A DNA stretch of 63,863 nucleotides, the filler included, from Globobulimina sp. (Eukaryota), in the NCBI GenBank assembly GCA_003354225.1. It is 34 parts of 34 records of this genome, joined end to end, with 100 filler letters (N's around TTAATTAATTAA, not from the genome) between each part and the next. Parts side by side here need not be neighbours in the genome. Positions count along the whole stretch, not along the records: positions 24,469 to 26,250 come from PIVH01012012.1; positions 26,351 to 28,132 come from PIVH01012013.1; positions 28,233 to 30,014 come from PIVH01012014.1; positions 30,115 to 31,895 come from PIVH01012015.1; positions 31,996 to 33,776 come from PIVH01012016.1; positions 33,877 to 35,657 come from PIVH01012017.1; positions 35,758 to 37,538 come from PIVH01012018.1; 27 more parts are not named here. One strand, written 5' to 3'. Of this stretch, positions 24,469 to 36,729 are shown one piece after another. A program made the position numbers and the translations under genes. Position 1 is the stretch's first letter, and each line of letters opens with the position of its first letter. The notes beneath the pieces are model-generated. The model made no database searches, was not told the DNA's origin, and worked only from the letters and a program-made list of their open reading frames with translations.

Positions 24469-24908
24469 TCAATCGCTTGCAATAAATTATAATTATTATA
24501 ATAATGTAATAAATATACAATGGTGATAGTAACTGACCTGTTGACACCGGCAAAGCAATGAATCAACATTTTTGCCTTTTTATCTTTGCATTTATCTATA
24601 AATGTTATACATTCCTCTGCATGTTTTTCAATTATTTTATAATCCATACCATCCTCAGCGTTTATTTTGTGTTCTTTAATCTCATTTGAATATTTTGAAT
24701 AATTATGATCCATTCCACAAGAATTTAAAACAAATGTAATTCCTTTTTTAGATATATTTTCATATTTAGAATCTGCCCAATCTCCTAAAAATAGAAAGTC
24801 TTCAATAATTTCATTCATTCCATAATAATCTGGATTTATTGGTTTATAGTTCATTTCAATCACATCCTCGATTTTATCCATCCATTCAAATAACTCAACT
24901 GCATCCAT
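24469..24908 (-). CDS. Dual-specificity protein phosphatase, 3' partial
   Basis: LFLGD, AED acid loop, IHCFAGVNRS catalytic motif. Confidence 0.93.
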
Positions 24909-25049
24909 TTTTTAATTTTAAATGCCAAGTTGTGAAGTTTTTCAGTTAAACTAAAAATAGCGAAAGTAAAAAAAATACATAGTCAAAGAAACCAGTTACG
25001 GTTTGCAAAAATGTTAAATGTTTGTTTGTCTATAAACTAATTTGTGACT

Positions 25050-25838
25050 TTATTTTTTCTTTTTATCTTTATTTTTTTTAGCTTTTTTATTGAGCTCTGA
25101 TAAATTGAAGGTTTGTTCAATTGCTTTAAAACTTAATGGAATCTTTTTAACACCCTTTGATTTATATTTTTTATCTTTAAAGTCTGGCATTCGGGCAATT
25201 TCCACACCATTCGATATTAATAGTAATGTTGGTAACTGTTTGGTTGTCGGCTTAATCGATATATTATATTTATTAGCAATTCCTGCATGTTTCCCAACAT
25301 CAATTTTACCGAATTTTAAATATTTATTTCCATATTTTAATGATAAATTTGCAAAAACTGAACTAAATTGAATACAATTATCCGCCCATGATGCATGACA
25401 ATAAATTAACCACGTTTTTGTCCCGCCATATTTGTCACAAACTGTGTCAAAAAATGTTTGTCTGTCATTAAAAGAAGTTGTTTTATGATCGCCTTTATAT
25501 TCTGGCTGCTTTATAAAAATTGCAAATAATAAAAAGAGCACTAAATATCCAATGAACATTTTAATATCGATCATTATTGAAATTGCAGTTACCACAAATT
25601 TAAAATATAAAAATAGACTGCCAATCCGTGCATCATTTGTGACCATATGCGGGAATTTAACTAAATAAAACATGCCTGCACATGCAAATAATTGTTGTTC
25701 GCGCGTCAAACCAAATGACATCATATCTGATCCTTCTAACGGCGATAAATCAAACATTGTACGCACCGGCAAATATGTCCCCATCAAAGCCACATTAAAC
25801 ATGTAAAATGGATGGAAAAATCGGCTGTTCAGTGCCAT
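25050..25838 (-). CDS. TMX2: Thioredoxin-related transmembrane protein 2-like
   Basis: TM region, PEYKG, WADNC, LKFGKIDVG, KQLPTLLL, C-terminal di-lysine ER motif. Confidence 0.85.
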   Translation of the reverse strand: MALNSRFFHPFYMFNVALMGTYLPVRTMFDLSPLEGSDMMSFGLTREQQLFACAGMFYLVKFPHMVTNDARIGSLFLYFKFVVTAISIMIDIKMFIGYLVLFLLFAIFIKQPEYKGDHKTTSFNDRQTFFDTVCDKYGGTKTWLIYCHASWADNCIQFSSVFANLSLKYGNKYLKFGKIDVGKHAGIANKYNISIKPTTKQLPTLLLISNGVEIARMPDFKDKKYKSKGVKKIPLSFKAIEQTFNLSELNKKAKKNKDKKKK

Positions 25839-25895
25839 CTATTGAAGAGTGTAAGGTATACTGAAAGAAAACCTTGAAATCAAGAAGTTCAACTA

Positions 25896-26213
25896 ATGAT
25901 CGTTTTTGCTTTGATAGCGATATTATGTACATGTATTTGTATAGCGAATGGAAAGGAGAATTATTGTCCAGGTGATGAAGACGAACTGATTCCATCTCAT
26001 TCATCACAAAGCAATTGGCCCGGATGGCATTGTCGAAGACACACAATCTCGTATAAAGGCAATTTGGATGCTTTGAAGTCGATCGATTTTCAAGCCATCG
26101 AAAATGCGAATAAAACCATATTGTATGTTACATATATTTCGCATGCAACACATAGCAACTACAACAAAGAAGGATTCGTTTGCGGAACAGAGAAATTGCA
26201 GAGATTCCATTAA
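25896..26213 (+). CDS. Secreted hypothetical protein, divergent from TMX2
   Basis: Signal-peptide-like start MIVFALIAILCTCICIANG. Confidence 0.4.
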   Translation: MIVFALIAILCTCICIANGKENYCPGDEDELIPSHSSQSNWPGWHCRRHTISYKGNLDALKSIDFQAIENANKTILYVTYISHATHSNYNKEGFVCGTEKLQRFH

Positions 26214-26350
26214 ATATTTTGCAGCCATTACAAAGTTTGAAACAATTAGANNNNNNNNNNNNNNNNNNNNNNNNNNNNNNNNNNNNNNNNNNNNTTAATT
26301 AATTAANNNNNNNNNNNNNNNNNNNNNNNNNNNNNNNNNNNNNNNNNNNN

Positions 26351-27865
26351 TCATACGGATCATTACTAATATTATATAATGGCATCATATTCGTAGCATT
26401 GTCATATCCGACTGACAACATCGGCGGCTTTACCCATCCATTCTCGTCCGGACTCCCTCCGCCTGTCCCATTGAATATTTTGTCCCATCTCTTTCTATAC
26501 GCAGAATTGTTCGAAGTCACTAGATTTTCAATATTGTGGTCATAATAAATATAATCACGAAAATAAAAATATTCATCTTTTGAAGTATCTTCTTTTCCAA
26601 TGATCCCATTCCAATGATTGACTCCATCCAAACTATAATTCAAATCCAGATCAGCAACGGAAATATTTGCTGCTCCCAAAATCAACGTAGGCCACCAATC
26701 GGATACATGCATTAATTGCGAATAATTGCCACCACGCAATTGCAGGCTATCTGCCATGATGTCAGTGGTGGTCCATACAAAGCTGGTTAACCGAGTGCCG
26801 CCTTCCCAGACAGTCCTCTTTCCGCCTCGTAACGGCCAATTTGAAGCGCCGGTATTGCCGCTTCCAGAGTCGTATGCATCCACCACTGGGCCACCTATTT
26901 TTAATTTGGTCACAGCTATTGGCTGCATCACAAAGTTGAAAATGCAGCTCGTTACACATACCGTTATCTGACGTGAATACAATAATTGTATTTTCATCTA
27001 AATATCCAAATTCCCGCAATGTTTTCGTGATATTTCCAATTCCTTCGTCCATGCAAGTCACCATTGCAGCATATTTCTTTCGTTTGGCATCTTGAATGAT
27101 TCCGTCGTAACCATCGATATAAGATTGTGGCACTTCTGTCGGAGCGTGAACACTTTGAAAGGCTAACCATAAAAACAAGGGCTTATTCTTATTGTGTTGT
27201 TCTATAATTTGTATAGAACGGTTTGTAAATAAATAGACCGAATACGTCCCCAATGCCTCAGTTGCCACTCTGCTGCAATTTGGTCCACAGTTTAAACCAA
27301 TGTCCTCTCTGAAATCATAAGCGCCGCCCGTTTTGTGTGTGTAGTAATCCTCTCCGCCACCATATAATCCGTAAAATGATTCGAATCCTCGATATGTCGC
27401 AGTATAACACCATTTAAAATCTCCTAAATGCCATTTGCCTGCATATTCAACATAAATACAAAACAGATATCAATTGATTGTCAATATTAGCTGATACCTA
27501 TTACGTACCCACTGCATGCGTATTGTAATTATTTTGTAATAAAATTGTGGACAGAAATTTAAACTGCAGAGGTGTTCCATAGTTTGCAGTCGGTTTAATT
27601 ATGGCATTAATTCCAGTGTTATACTATATTTTCCTGTTAATATTGAACTTCGTGTTGGAGAACAATTTGGTTGCCCGTAATGCCACTCTAACCCTCTGGC
27701 TTCTGATCTGAATTTGGCTAAATTTGGTGTTTTTATTTGATGAGATGTAGAGTATGATAAATCATCATGTCCTAAATCGTCTGCTACAATAAAAATTACA
27801 TTTGGTGGCTGTTTTGCTTCACCAATTATAGAAAATAACAGCAAAACCAAAAACCAGAAACACAT
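26351..27865 (-). CDS. Arylsulfatase B-like sulfatase, multi-exon, 3' partial
   Basis: PPNVIFIVADDLG, CSPTRSSILTG (formylglycine motif), GKWHLG, FQSVHAP, FTSDNG, NWPLRGGK..WEGG. Confidence 0.93.
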
Positions 27866-28232
27866 TAGGGCTTTCCGATAAGTACTATTTTTTTTTAAAA
27901 CTATTCAAGCTGAAAGGTTTTTTATATTATAAAGCATCAGAAAATAATAAAGCAAGTGAAAAAATAACAAAGCGATGAAAACAATCTGCAGCTAGATTAC
28001 AAAACAAACGGTTAAATAATGGAGGTTCCAATCACATAAACATTGATAGAGTCCAATAGTTACATCCGATTGGAGTAAATAAATGTTTCTTGTTCGTCAA
28101 TAACAGGTTCCATATCGTTTTCAGTTTGGGCANNNNNNNNNNNNNNNNNNNNNNNNNNNNNNNNNNNNNNNNNNNNTTAATTAATTAANNNNNNNNNNNN
28201 NNNNNNNNNNNNNNNNNNNNNNNNNNNNNNNN

Positions 28233-28395
28233 TTAATTTGGGATAGCGTCTTTTCCAAAATATTCCATGCCGTAATTGCCATATTTCATAGCAGTAATAA
28301 AACGCGATCGGACATACAATAATCCAAAATAGCAATAGAACTGAGCAATAAACAAGTTGGATGGTTTGTAATTTAGAATGTGATGCGGAAGCCAT
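28233..28395 (-). CDS. N-terminus (TM1) of a probable 7TM-RGS family protein
   Basis: TM helix followed by FWKRRYPKL, resembling the post-TM1 RRPK motif of the other two 7TM-RGS-type genes. Confidence 0.45.
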
Positions 28396-28455
28396 ACAAT
28401 TTTCACTAAAGCACAGTTTGTATTAATCTTAATTATTAAAGCCTAGTCTAATATA

Positions 28456-30014
28456 ATGGAACTAGAAAAAAATGAGATCCTACAAAAGGCTGCAACAGAA
28501 ATAGGTCGATTGAGTCAACACATGAGCATCATAAACAAAATAAAGCAAAATGCAGATAACAAAAATCGTAGATTTAGTGATTTCGACATCAGCACAACCA
28601 GTAATTTTGATATTTGGTGTTTTCCTCTCGGACTGTTGGAACATACAGAAATAGCAAGATCCTCTGTTATAGCACTTGGTGATGAAATAAAGAGATTACA
28701 AAATGTCATAGTCTCGGCAACAAATGAGATATTATTGGACAATATGTGTATGTACCAATTGCCAAAAAAAAAAGTAATTATGTTAGTATTTGGATTCATT
28801 GGAACAGCCACTTTATTCGTTCCAAATGAAGTGGCAAATCTATGCGTGGAATATTTTTACTGTCCACCAATATCATTAAAGCAATTCCAACTCAAAAATA
28901 CTTTCGAAGCTGGTTTCGCTCTCTCTCGAATCAGATTAGCACTGCACCAGCCATCCAGGAAATATTTTGCATTGAAAATATTGCGTGAAACACGTGTTGT
29001 TGCGATGAAGCAGCAAAATCATATAAAATGGGAACAAAAAATATTACAAAATATTTCACATCCATTCATTGCCAATTTATTTGCTTCATTTCAAGATCAA
29101 TATTTTCTGTACATGGCAATGGAATTAATTCAAGGTAGTTTCATTTAATATATCTGATAAATTAATGAAAAGAGTCCAAAAACGTTATTGTGAATAAATT
29201 TAATAATATATAACTCTCGAAATTATACTGACATTTTTGGATTCTTTTCAGAGCGATTACGGACATTTTTATGTCGTATAAATTATACTTTGAAACGTGG
29301 TGATTGTGCATTTTATGCCTCCCAAATTGTGTTAGTTTTGGAATACTTACACTCGAAACATATTGTTCATAGACACTTAAAAGTAGAGAATCTTCTGATT
29401 GATACAAATGGCTATTTACGAGTGACTGGTTTTAGATTTGCAAAGAAATTGAAATCCTCTCTGGAAAAAACATGGACATTATGTGGAACGCCGGAATATA
29501 TCGCACCAGAAATATTATTAAATCGAGGACATTCATTCCCTGTCGATTTATGGAGTTTAGGCATATTATTATTTGAAATATTGACAGGAACTCCGCCATT
29601 TTATGACGATAATCCGATGAAAACGTATCAGAAAATATTGGATGGAGTAATCGATTGGAATCATGATAATATGGGTCATATTGCAAAGGATTTGATACAG
29701 AAACTATTAAACAGTGATCCGAAGCGACGATATAATGTATCTCAAGTAAAGAAACATTTGTTTTTCGAGAGCATCGATTTTGCAAAGATGTTTGATAGGG
29801 AATATGCCAAAGTGCCTGATACAGAGGATATTGCATTAGATGATGATCGATTTCTTGGTGGTTTTGAGTATGTTAATATGAATATTGCTTATTTTTTAAT
29901 GGGAATAAAAATATCATGGATGGAATCGCAAGCAATCACAAATAATGATTATGAATTATTAAATGATATAATAACTAGGCAAACAACCTCGACATCAAAG
30001 ACAAAGAATGCATT
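28456..30014 (+). CDS. PKA catalytic subunit-like AGC pseudokinase, 3' partial
   Basis: Intron 29135-29251; FALKIL, KQQNHIKWE, TWTLCGTPEYIAPE, DLWSLG, PPFYDDNPMKTYQKIL; HRD is HRH and DFG is GFR. Confidence 0.88.
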
Positions 30015-30555
30015 NNNNNNNNNNNNNNNNNNNNNNNNNNNNNNNNNNNNNNNNNNNNTTAATTAATTAANNNNNNNNNNNNNNNNNNNNNNNNNNNNNN
30101 NNNNNNNNNNNNNNGATTCGCTTCCTGTTTGATCCATCAGAGATTGATGAAAATTCTTAAAATGGATGTCCGACAATAACACTTCCAAAAAGTGATTACC
30201 GAACAATACATGCAGCGAAAATATTAGGATTACTCAACGATCAAACACTCCGTGCTGGAATCATACAGGATGCTGACATTCATGCAGGTAATTCTACATC
30301 GAAACATGGACCTTCTCTCATTTTCGAACAGTCAGAAAGCAGAAGCAAATATGCTGCCAATGTATGTACAGAAGACCTAAAACAGTGATTGGATTACTTA
30401 TTTGCGTGGTTGTTAGCTTCTGGTTAGTTTTATGTTTGCCAGTATTTGTTTTACCACCGTTTTGGTATCTTAGCTTTTGATAATGCTTTGCAACGGTTTT
30501 TGAGTTAATTGAATTAAACGTTTTTGAGCTACTTTGTTAAGTCACATAACCATCG

Positions 30556-31695
30556 ATGTCTGCTGTTTCCGAGTTGATTACAAACGATGAAATCCAACAG
30601 GTTTTACACACAATATACCAATATCTATCCACTGGTATTATTTATTTGAATATTAATATAGTATTTTCAATCTTCGTCAGTTAAAGTAAGTCAAAAGATA
30701 TTCGATTTGAAAGATGAACTAATATCAATACGGCGTCATTTACATCGTAATCCTGAACTAAGTTGGAAAGAATTTGCAACAACAAAATATATTGTAAATT
30801 ATCTTGAATCGGCTTCATCAAAATGTAAACCCGCAACTGTTAAAATTAGCATTGGCACAAGCTATGGAAATAAGAAGCTTCCAACAGGAGTCGCCGCATT
30901 ATTACAAGGAGCATATCCCGGACCATGCATTATGTTAAGAGCAGATATCGATGCGTTACCCATTGAGGAAGAGAGTGGATTACCATTTAAATCATTAAAC
31001 AACGGTATAAGCCATGCCTGCGGCCATGATGTCCATATGTCGATTTTATTGGTAACATTTAAGATATTATGTTCCCTGCAATCAAGGTTGCGGGGTTCCG
31101 TTAAATTTGTGTTTCAGCCGGCTGAGGAAGGAGGAGCTGGCGCATATTTTATGATTGAAGATGGCGTATTGGACACTCCCAAAGTAGATCAAGTTTATGG
31201 TTTGCATGTCATCTCAATGCTGCCCGTTGGTAGAATCGAATTAAATAATTCAACAATGTTGGCTGGATCGTCGGGCTTTGAGCTGACTATAACAGGCAAA
31301 GAGAAATGTGTGATGGAATGAGTCAAATGTATGGTGTACATATAGATATAAATGAACTACGGATTGATTATCCGGCGACAATCAATGCAGATACAGAGAG
31401 TTTTAATTATGTTTGTAATGTGAGTCGGAATGTTGTTGGCGAGAATGGATTGAATGATAAAATGGAAGGGATCTCAGGGAGTGAGGATTTTAGTTATTTT
31501 TTAAATTCTGTGGGTAAAGGAACCTTTTTCTTCCTTGGTGGCAAATATGTGGATAATACAAATTTAAACGCAAATTATTCTCATCATACCTCTACATTCA
31601 AAATTGATGAACGGTGCTTAGTTATTGGTTGTCAAGTAATGACAAATATTGTCACCGGTTTATTGTATGTTGATAAAATGACTGCAAAATTATAA
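30556..31695 (+). pseudogene. M20D amidohydrolase with internal deletion and frameshift
   Basis: Intron 30601-30661; RRHLHRNPELS, RADIDALP, HACGHDVH, FQPAEEG, GSEDFS, HH; dimerisation segment after ITGK is missing. Confidence 0.8.
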
Positions 31696-32165
31696 ATTAT
31701 AGTTAATACTGACTGAAAATCACTGACTGTTAATGTAATGGTAGCTGTCAAATACTTTAAAACCGAGCGCAAATTAGCGTTGAGGATTGACATTACTGAA
31801 AAGGTTTTGTGACACTTGAGATAATTAATTGTATTTTCTTATCATAATATTTAATAGTTTGATCTTTTTCACTTTTTGTGGTGTATTTATTTATTNNNNN
31901 NNNNNNNNNNNNNNNNNNNNNNNNNNNNNNNNNNNNNNNTTAATTAATTAANNNNNNNNNNNNNNNNNNNNNNNNNNNNNNNNNNNNNNNNNNNNCTACA
32001 ATTCTACAATAAATTAATAATTTGAACTATGAATACCTTTTGCTACGGTGCGTGGCTCTTGACATTTAGTGCTGCAGTTCGCACCTCAAAAGGCATTGCT
32101 GTTGCGGCCAGATATTCACAATAGGACCGCTTCGCAAAACTCGAGTGTACGGTCAGATATTCACA

Positions 32166-32486
32166 ATGCCCAAAAGGTCAGGCAGCCATAAAAATGGATA
32201 TCAAAAGAAAAGAGAAACACAGAAAAATAAATCAAAAGTCAAACGAAGAAAAAAAGATTATACATATCGTGGAACATGGAAACATAAGTTGTCGAGAGCA
32301 CGCAATAAAGCAAAGCGTGGTGGTCTCACCAAAAAAGAAATGATTGCAAAATATGGACGATTTCCTCGCCAAAAGGAATGGTGGGGTCCTGAAAAAAATG
32401 AAAAAGAATGGAAACAAAAATGGATCCGAGAAAATCCAAATTATAAAGGCTCTACAACAAAAAAGAAAACTAATAAAAATAAATAA
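32166..32486 (+). CDS. Small highly basic protein (106 aa)
   Basis: ATG-started K/R-rich ORF containing GGLTKKEMIAKYGR. Confidence 0.5.
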   Translation: MPKRSGSHKNGYQKKRETQKNKSKVKRRKKDYTYRGTWKHKLSRARNKAKRGGLTKKEMIAKYGRFPRQKEWWGPEKNEKEWKQKWIRENPNYKGSTTKKKTNKNK

Positions 32487-32882
32487 ATAATCTACAACAG
32501 CAATATTCCGACTCCTTGAGAATTAAGTTAAAAAGCAAATGGGTTTTGTGAGTACCATCGAACAAACGCACTGACTGCAATTCTGACTTAATTTGTTCGT
32601 TAGCAGTAACTGCGAAAGTTCAGTACGAATATCCGATCCGCGACCAAATTGTAAACTAACTATTATACCTTTCTTTCATTTTTCGCAACTTTTGCATGGC
32701 TTTTTTTTTCTTTTTTTTTCAATCCAACAATCTGTACAGTTTCACCTTCGTTAAATTCCATTTCTTGTAATTGTGCCATCCAAGGAGGCATTGCCATTGT
32801 ATTAAACTTCCTAATTAGAGAGTAGCTAAAACTTTTTTTGAAGTGATCTAGTCTCAACAATTAAGCATAAGCGGTACAGATC

Positions 32883-33776
32883 ATGCTTTATCTTACCATC
32901 ACTACGGCAATGATGCTGCAATTGTGTCGAAGCAGAGATACATTTTCCTGCACCAGCACTACAGAAGATACGTGCATTATCGATGTACATATACTTTTCC
33001 CAAATACTTATAACCAGTACATCACCAACCACCCTGCGTTACGTAAAAATATTTACAAAAATAGGAAAAAACAATCCAACATATATGCGTTTCATATTAG
33101 ATCTGATTTAATTTGTGATTCTCAATATCCAAACTGTATTATTAATTGCTTCGGAGAGAATCGATGCGGTGTCGCCAATCAAAACAAGGGTAGTCGTTTG
33201 GCATTATATTGTCAATACGATGAAACAGGAGAGGAAGGATTTGATATTCAGAATCATTACGGAGAAATATTGCAATTTGCACGCACAAATTCACATTTAT
33301 TTGATGTATTTGGTGGATTTCCTCCTCGATCAATGGCCAAACAGTTTGCAAAAAAAACAGATATTAATGAACAAAACATATGGAAACAAACGTTTTCTTT
33401 ATTGGATGTGGATGAGAATGAAATGGAATTAACGCAATTACTGAAACATATGATCTTATATGGAAACGAGAGACATTATCAATACTTTTATTATTTATTA
33501 TCAGATCAAATAATACCATTTGATCAAATAGCGAGAGATGAACAAACTGGTTTGTTTGGTAAATTTGGTAACATCTTCGTGGCGCAATGCTTTAAAGACA
33601 CTGTGATGGCACACAATATCGTGCAACTATGGTTAACTAATAAATACGATAAAATTATCATCATCGCAGGCCACGGACATTTAGATTGTGGATACGGAGT
33701 ATCAGAGAGAGTTGATCAACTATTAAAATTTAACAATGCTGATTTATCCAAAATAACGCAGCTATCATTGTCTGCG
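32883..33776 (+). CDS. ORF joining a secreted Cys-rich N-terminus to a ChaN/haem-uptake (EreA-like fold) domain; 3' partial, possibly chimeric
   Basis: AQCFKDTVMAHNI and IIIAGHGHLDCGYGVSERV; N-terminal signal peptide and DLICDSQYPNCIINC. Confidence 0.55.
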
Positions 33777-33876
33777 NNNNNNNNNNNNNNNNNNNNNNNN
33801 NNNNNNNNNNNNNNNNNNNNTTAATTAATTAANNNNNNNNNNNNNNNNNNNNNNNNNNNNNNNNNNNNNNNNNNNN

Positions 33877-34293
33877 TCCGATCTCGAAAACTTGCAAACA
33901 GGACGCTGTTGAAATTAATAATAATTCGATATTTATGATCCAGTGTTTCATCAAAAGGCAATGTTTGAGCGTCATGAAGGAGAGAAGCGATGCTATTATT
34001 ACACAAATATGAGCAATTAACCATATGTCTAACGAGGATATGAATAAATTATGATTTTTTACAATATCGTCATCGACGAATGAACCATATATATCGTATG
34101 GTAACATTAACAATGCCCAAATAATTAATAGTGTCGACACTGTACACAAACGAATTTCTCGTGATCGCGATTCAAGTTTGCTGATAAATGTGTCTTCCTC
34201 GCTGAATGTTACGTCTTTATCGAGCTGTTGGTTGAGTCGTCTGTCCACGAAATGCATCGTTTTTTGCTCTTCTGGTTCAGTGATAGAAGCCAT
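33877..34293 (-). CDS. Membrane protein N-terminus, 3' partial
   Basis: ATG start, three hydrophobic segments. Confidence 0.45.
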
Positions 34294-34390
34294 GAGCAGC
34301 TAACTGAGCTAAGCTGTAAAATTAAAATTGTTGAAAACATCTCAAAATACTAAAACACTCAATTTTATAATTACAGTATCTTGCTGTCAT

Positions 34391-35541
34391 TTAAATTGCA
34401 TGTACGTACATGTTTGAAAACACAACAACAAATCCAATCAATACTCCCAGTCGATTTCCATTACTTGAACCCGGAAATACCGTCGTTGTACTTGTATTTG
34501 TCTGTTTATCCCCACAAGCTTCAGAAGTTGACAGATTCCATGCAGCACAAGATCCAGATCCATCGCCTGGATCCGTATACCATTCGCCATCACTACAACA
34601 ATAACCACCTTCTAACCATGGTCCTGGGCCAACCTCTGGATCACAACAATCAACTTCGATCAAAACAAAACATATTCCAATCAAAAACATTACAAAATAT
34701 CCATATAAAAAACAATACACAAACCTGCTGCTGTTGTCGTAGTAACATTAACATCGGGACACACCCTCTCTTTTGGTATCATGCCGCTGCACATTAATTC
34801 ACCCAAATCTGTTGCCTCCAACGTACATCCACCACAAGCTCCATATTGGTTGTTATTATACGGACAGTCAACACACGCAGCTCTTAATGCGGCACAGTCC
34901 GTTCCTGGAATGCCACAGTCATCGCCTTGTGAAGGCTTGACAAACTTTTCGCACATCCCGTTGTGGCCAGATATGACTGTATTGCTGGTATATACTTGCA
35001 AGCATTCAAAATGAAATGACTGTCCAGCATCTGCTATGAAAGGACCATAGCCGAGACTTATTGTGGTTGGGTAATATAATATGTCATCGTAGCCAAATGT
35101 AATTGAACCGTTGCAGATTGCGTCTGGGAACTCAGTTGTCTGTGCATTGCAATTTGCAGCTATTCCTCGCTGTGCGTGGTCAATAGCTTTATCATAATAA
35201 GCGCTGATATTGTGATAGGTGGTCGATAATGGACTGGCAATTTCTGTTAATGCTGAACAGGTAAAATAGGAATTTTCAGCTAAATATTCTGCATCGAATT
35301 CAACGTATGTTGGTCGGCCATGTGTAATAAGGATGTATTTAGGAGCAATCCAGCACGGTGGACAGAAACATGATGGTCGTAATTTATGGACGTATTCAGT
35401 GATATCATTGCCTTCCCATAATGCTTTTTTTGCTGTCAATTCAGTACGTGCCTGTTCCCAATTTGAGTAAGTTGTGGCTCTGCCGCCAATAACTGCTGTT
35501 GCTAAGTAATAAGTTAACAATAAAATTGAACAAGTAGCCAT
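34391..35541 (-). CDS. Secreted, probably GPI-anchored protein with DUF6174-like domain and Cys-rich modules
   Basis: Intron 34654-34724; signal peptide; KALWEGNDITEY...SCFCPP...YDDILYYPTTI; hydrophobic C-terminal tail. Confidence 0.6.
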
Positions 35542-35757
35542 TGTTATTGTAGTTGGAGGTTTTTTGTAATAATAATAATTCATAATGCTAAAGTTGGAAT
35601 TAATATTTGCAACCGGAAATATTGGAATGTGTTATTCATGCAAAGAATGTGAGTAGANNNNNNNNNNNNNNNNNNNNNNNNNNNNNNNNNNNNNNNNNNN
35701 NTTAATTAATTAANNNNNNNNNNNNNNNNNNNNNNNNNNNNNNNNNNNNNNNNNNNN

Positions 35758-36549
35758 TATGAAAATACTAATTATTTTTTGGATAAAATAACCGAAATAA
35801 TGGATGAAAGTGATAGTAATGGCTATGTTCCATCGTTTGATGACATATTAAATGCCAGGATGCGGACAACCGGCATTATTGAAAGAAGTTATTTTATTCA
35901 AAATACGCATTTTAATATGTTTGATGTTGGCGGCCAGAGGAATGAGCGAAGAAAATGGATTTCCTTGTTTGATAATGTGAATGTGGTTATTTTCGTGGCG
36001 GCTCTCAATCATTATTGTTTGTTTACATTTATATATTTTTATGTAGCCGGATAAGTTATATTCACTTTGTTTTTTACTGTTTGTGTTTCAGGTTCGGTGT
36101 TATTTGAGGATGAGGCAGTAAATGCGATGCATGAATCGATAAAATTATTTGATGAGACTGTAAATTCGAAATGGTTTTCAAGTGGCGGCACGCAATGGAT
36201 ATTATTCTTAAATAAAAACGATTTATTTATTAATCGATTGAAAATGGATAAGATATCAATCAAAGAATGTTTTCCTGAGTATGCTGGGAATGACTATAAT
36301 GATAAAAAGGAAAATCAATTTAAAAATGGAATGCAGGAAAAAGAATGGTTTGATTTGTGTTATGGTGAATGTGTTACGTTTATTACCAACAAATATTTAG
36401 AAAGAATCCAAAATGTCGAAGCAAGGAAAAGTGTTCGAGTGCATGTAACAGTGGCAACCGACAAAACAAATATAGAAACAGTGTTTGTTGATGTTGTCTG
36501 TGGCATAATGCGAAGAAATTTCGCTCAATCTGGCCAGATACGAATATAA
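35758..36549 (+). CDS. Heterotrimeric G protein alpha subunit, 5' partial
   Basis: RMRTTGI, FDVGGQRNERRKW, LFLNKND, HVTVATD; intron 36017-36091. Confidence 0.95.
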
Positions 36550-36575
36550 CTTACTTACTTACTTACTTACTTACT
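36549..36575. repeat. (ACTT)n microsatellite
   Basis: About 6 tandem ACTT units directly after the stop codon. Confidence 0.9.
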
Positions 36576-36729
36576 TTGTTAACTTTTCTATAATATTCTT
36601 TATCTTTTTTGTGTTGGTACGTATTTCTTAAAGTTTTGAAGACACAGTTTGTACGTTTTTTCTTGTTCAAACTTTAAGAAATCAATTAAAGATTCCACCA
36701 ATGTAATATTATTTATATTATACTTATAA

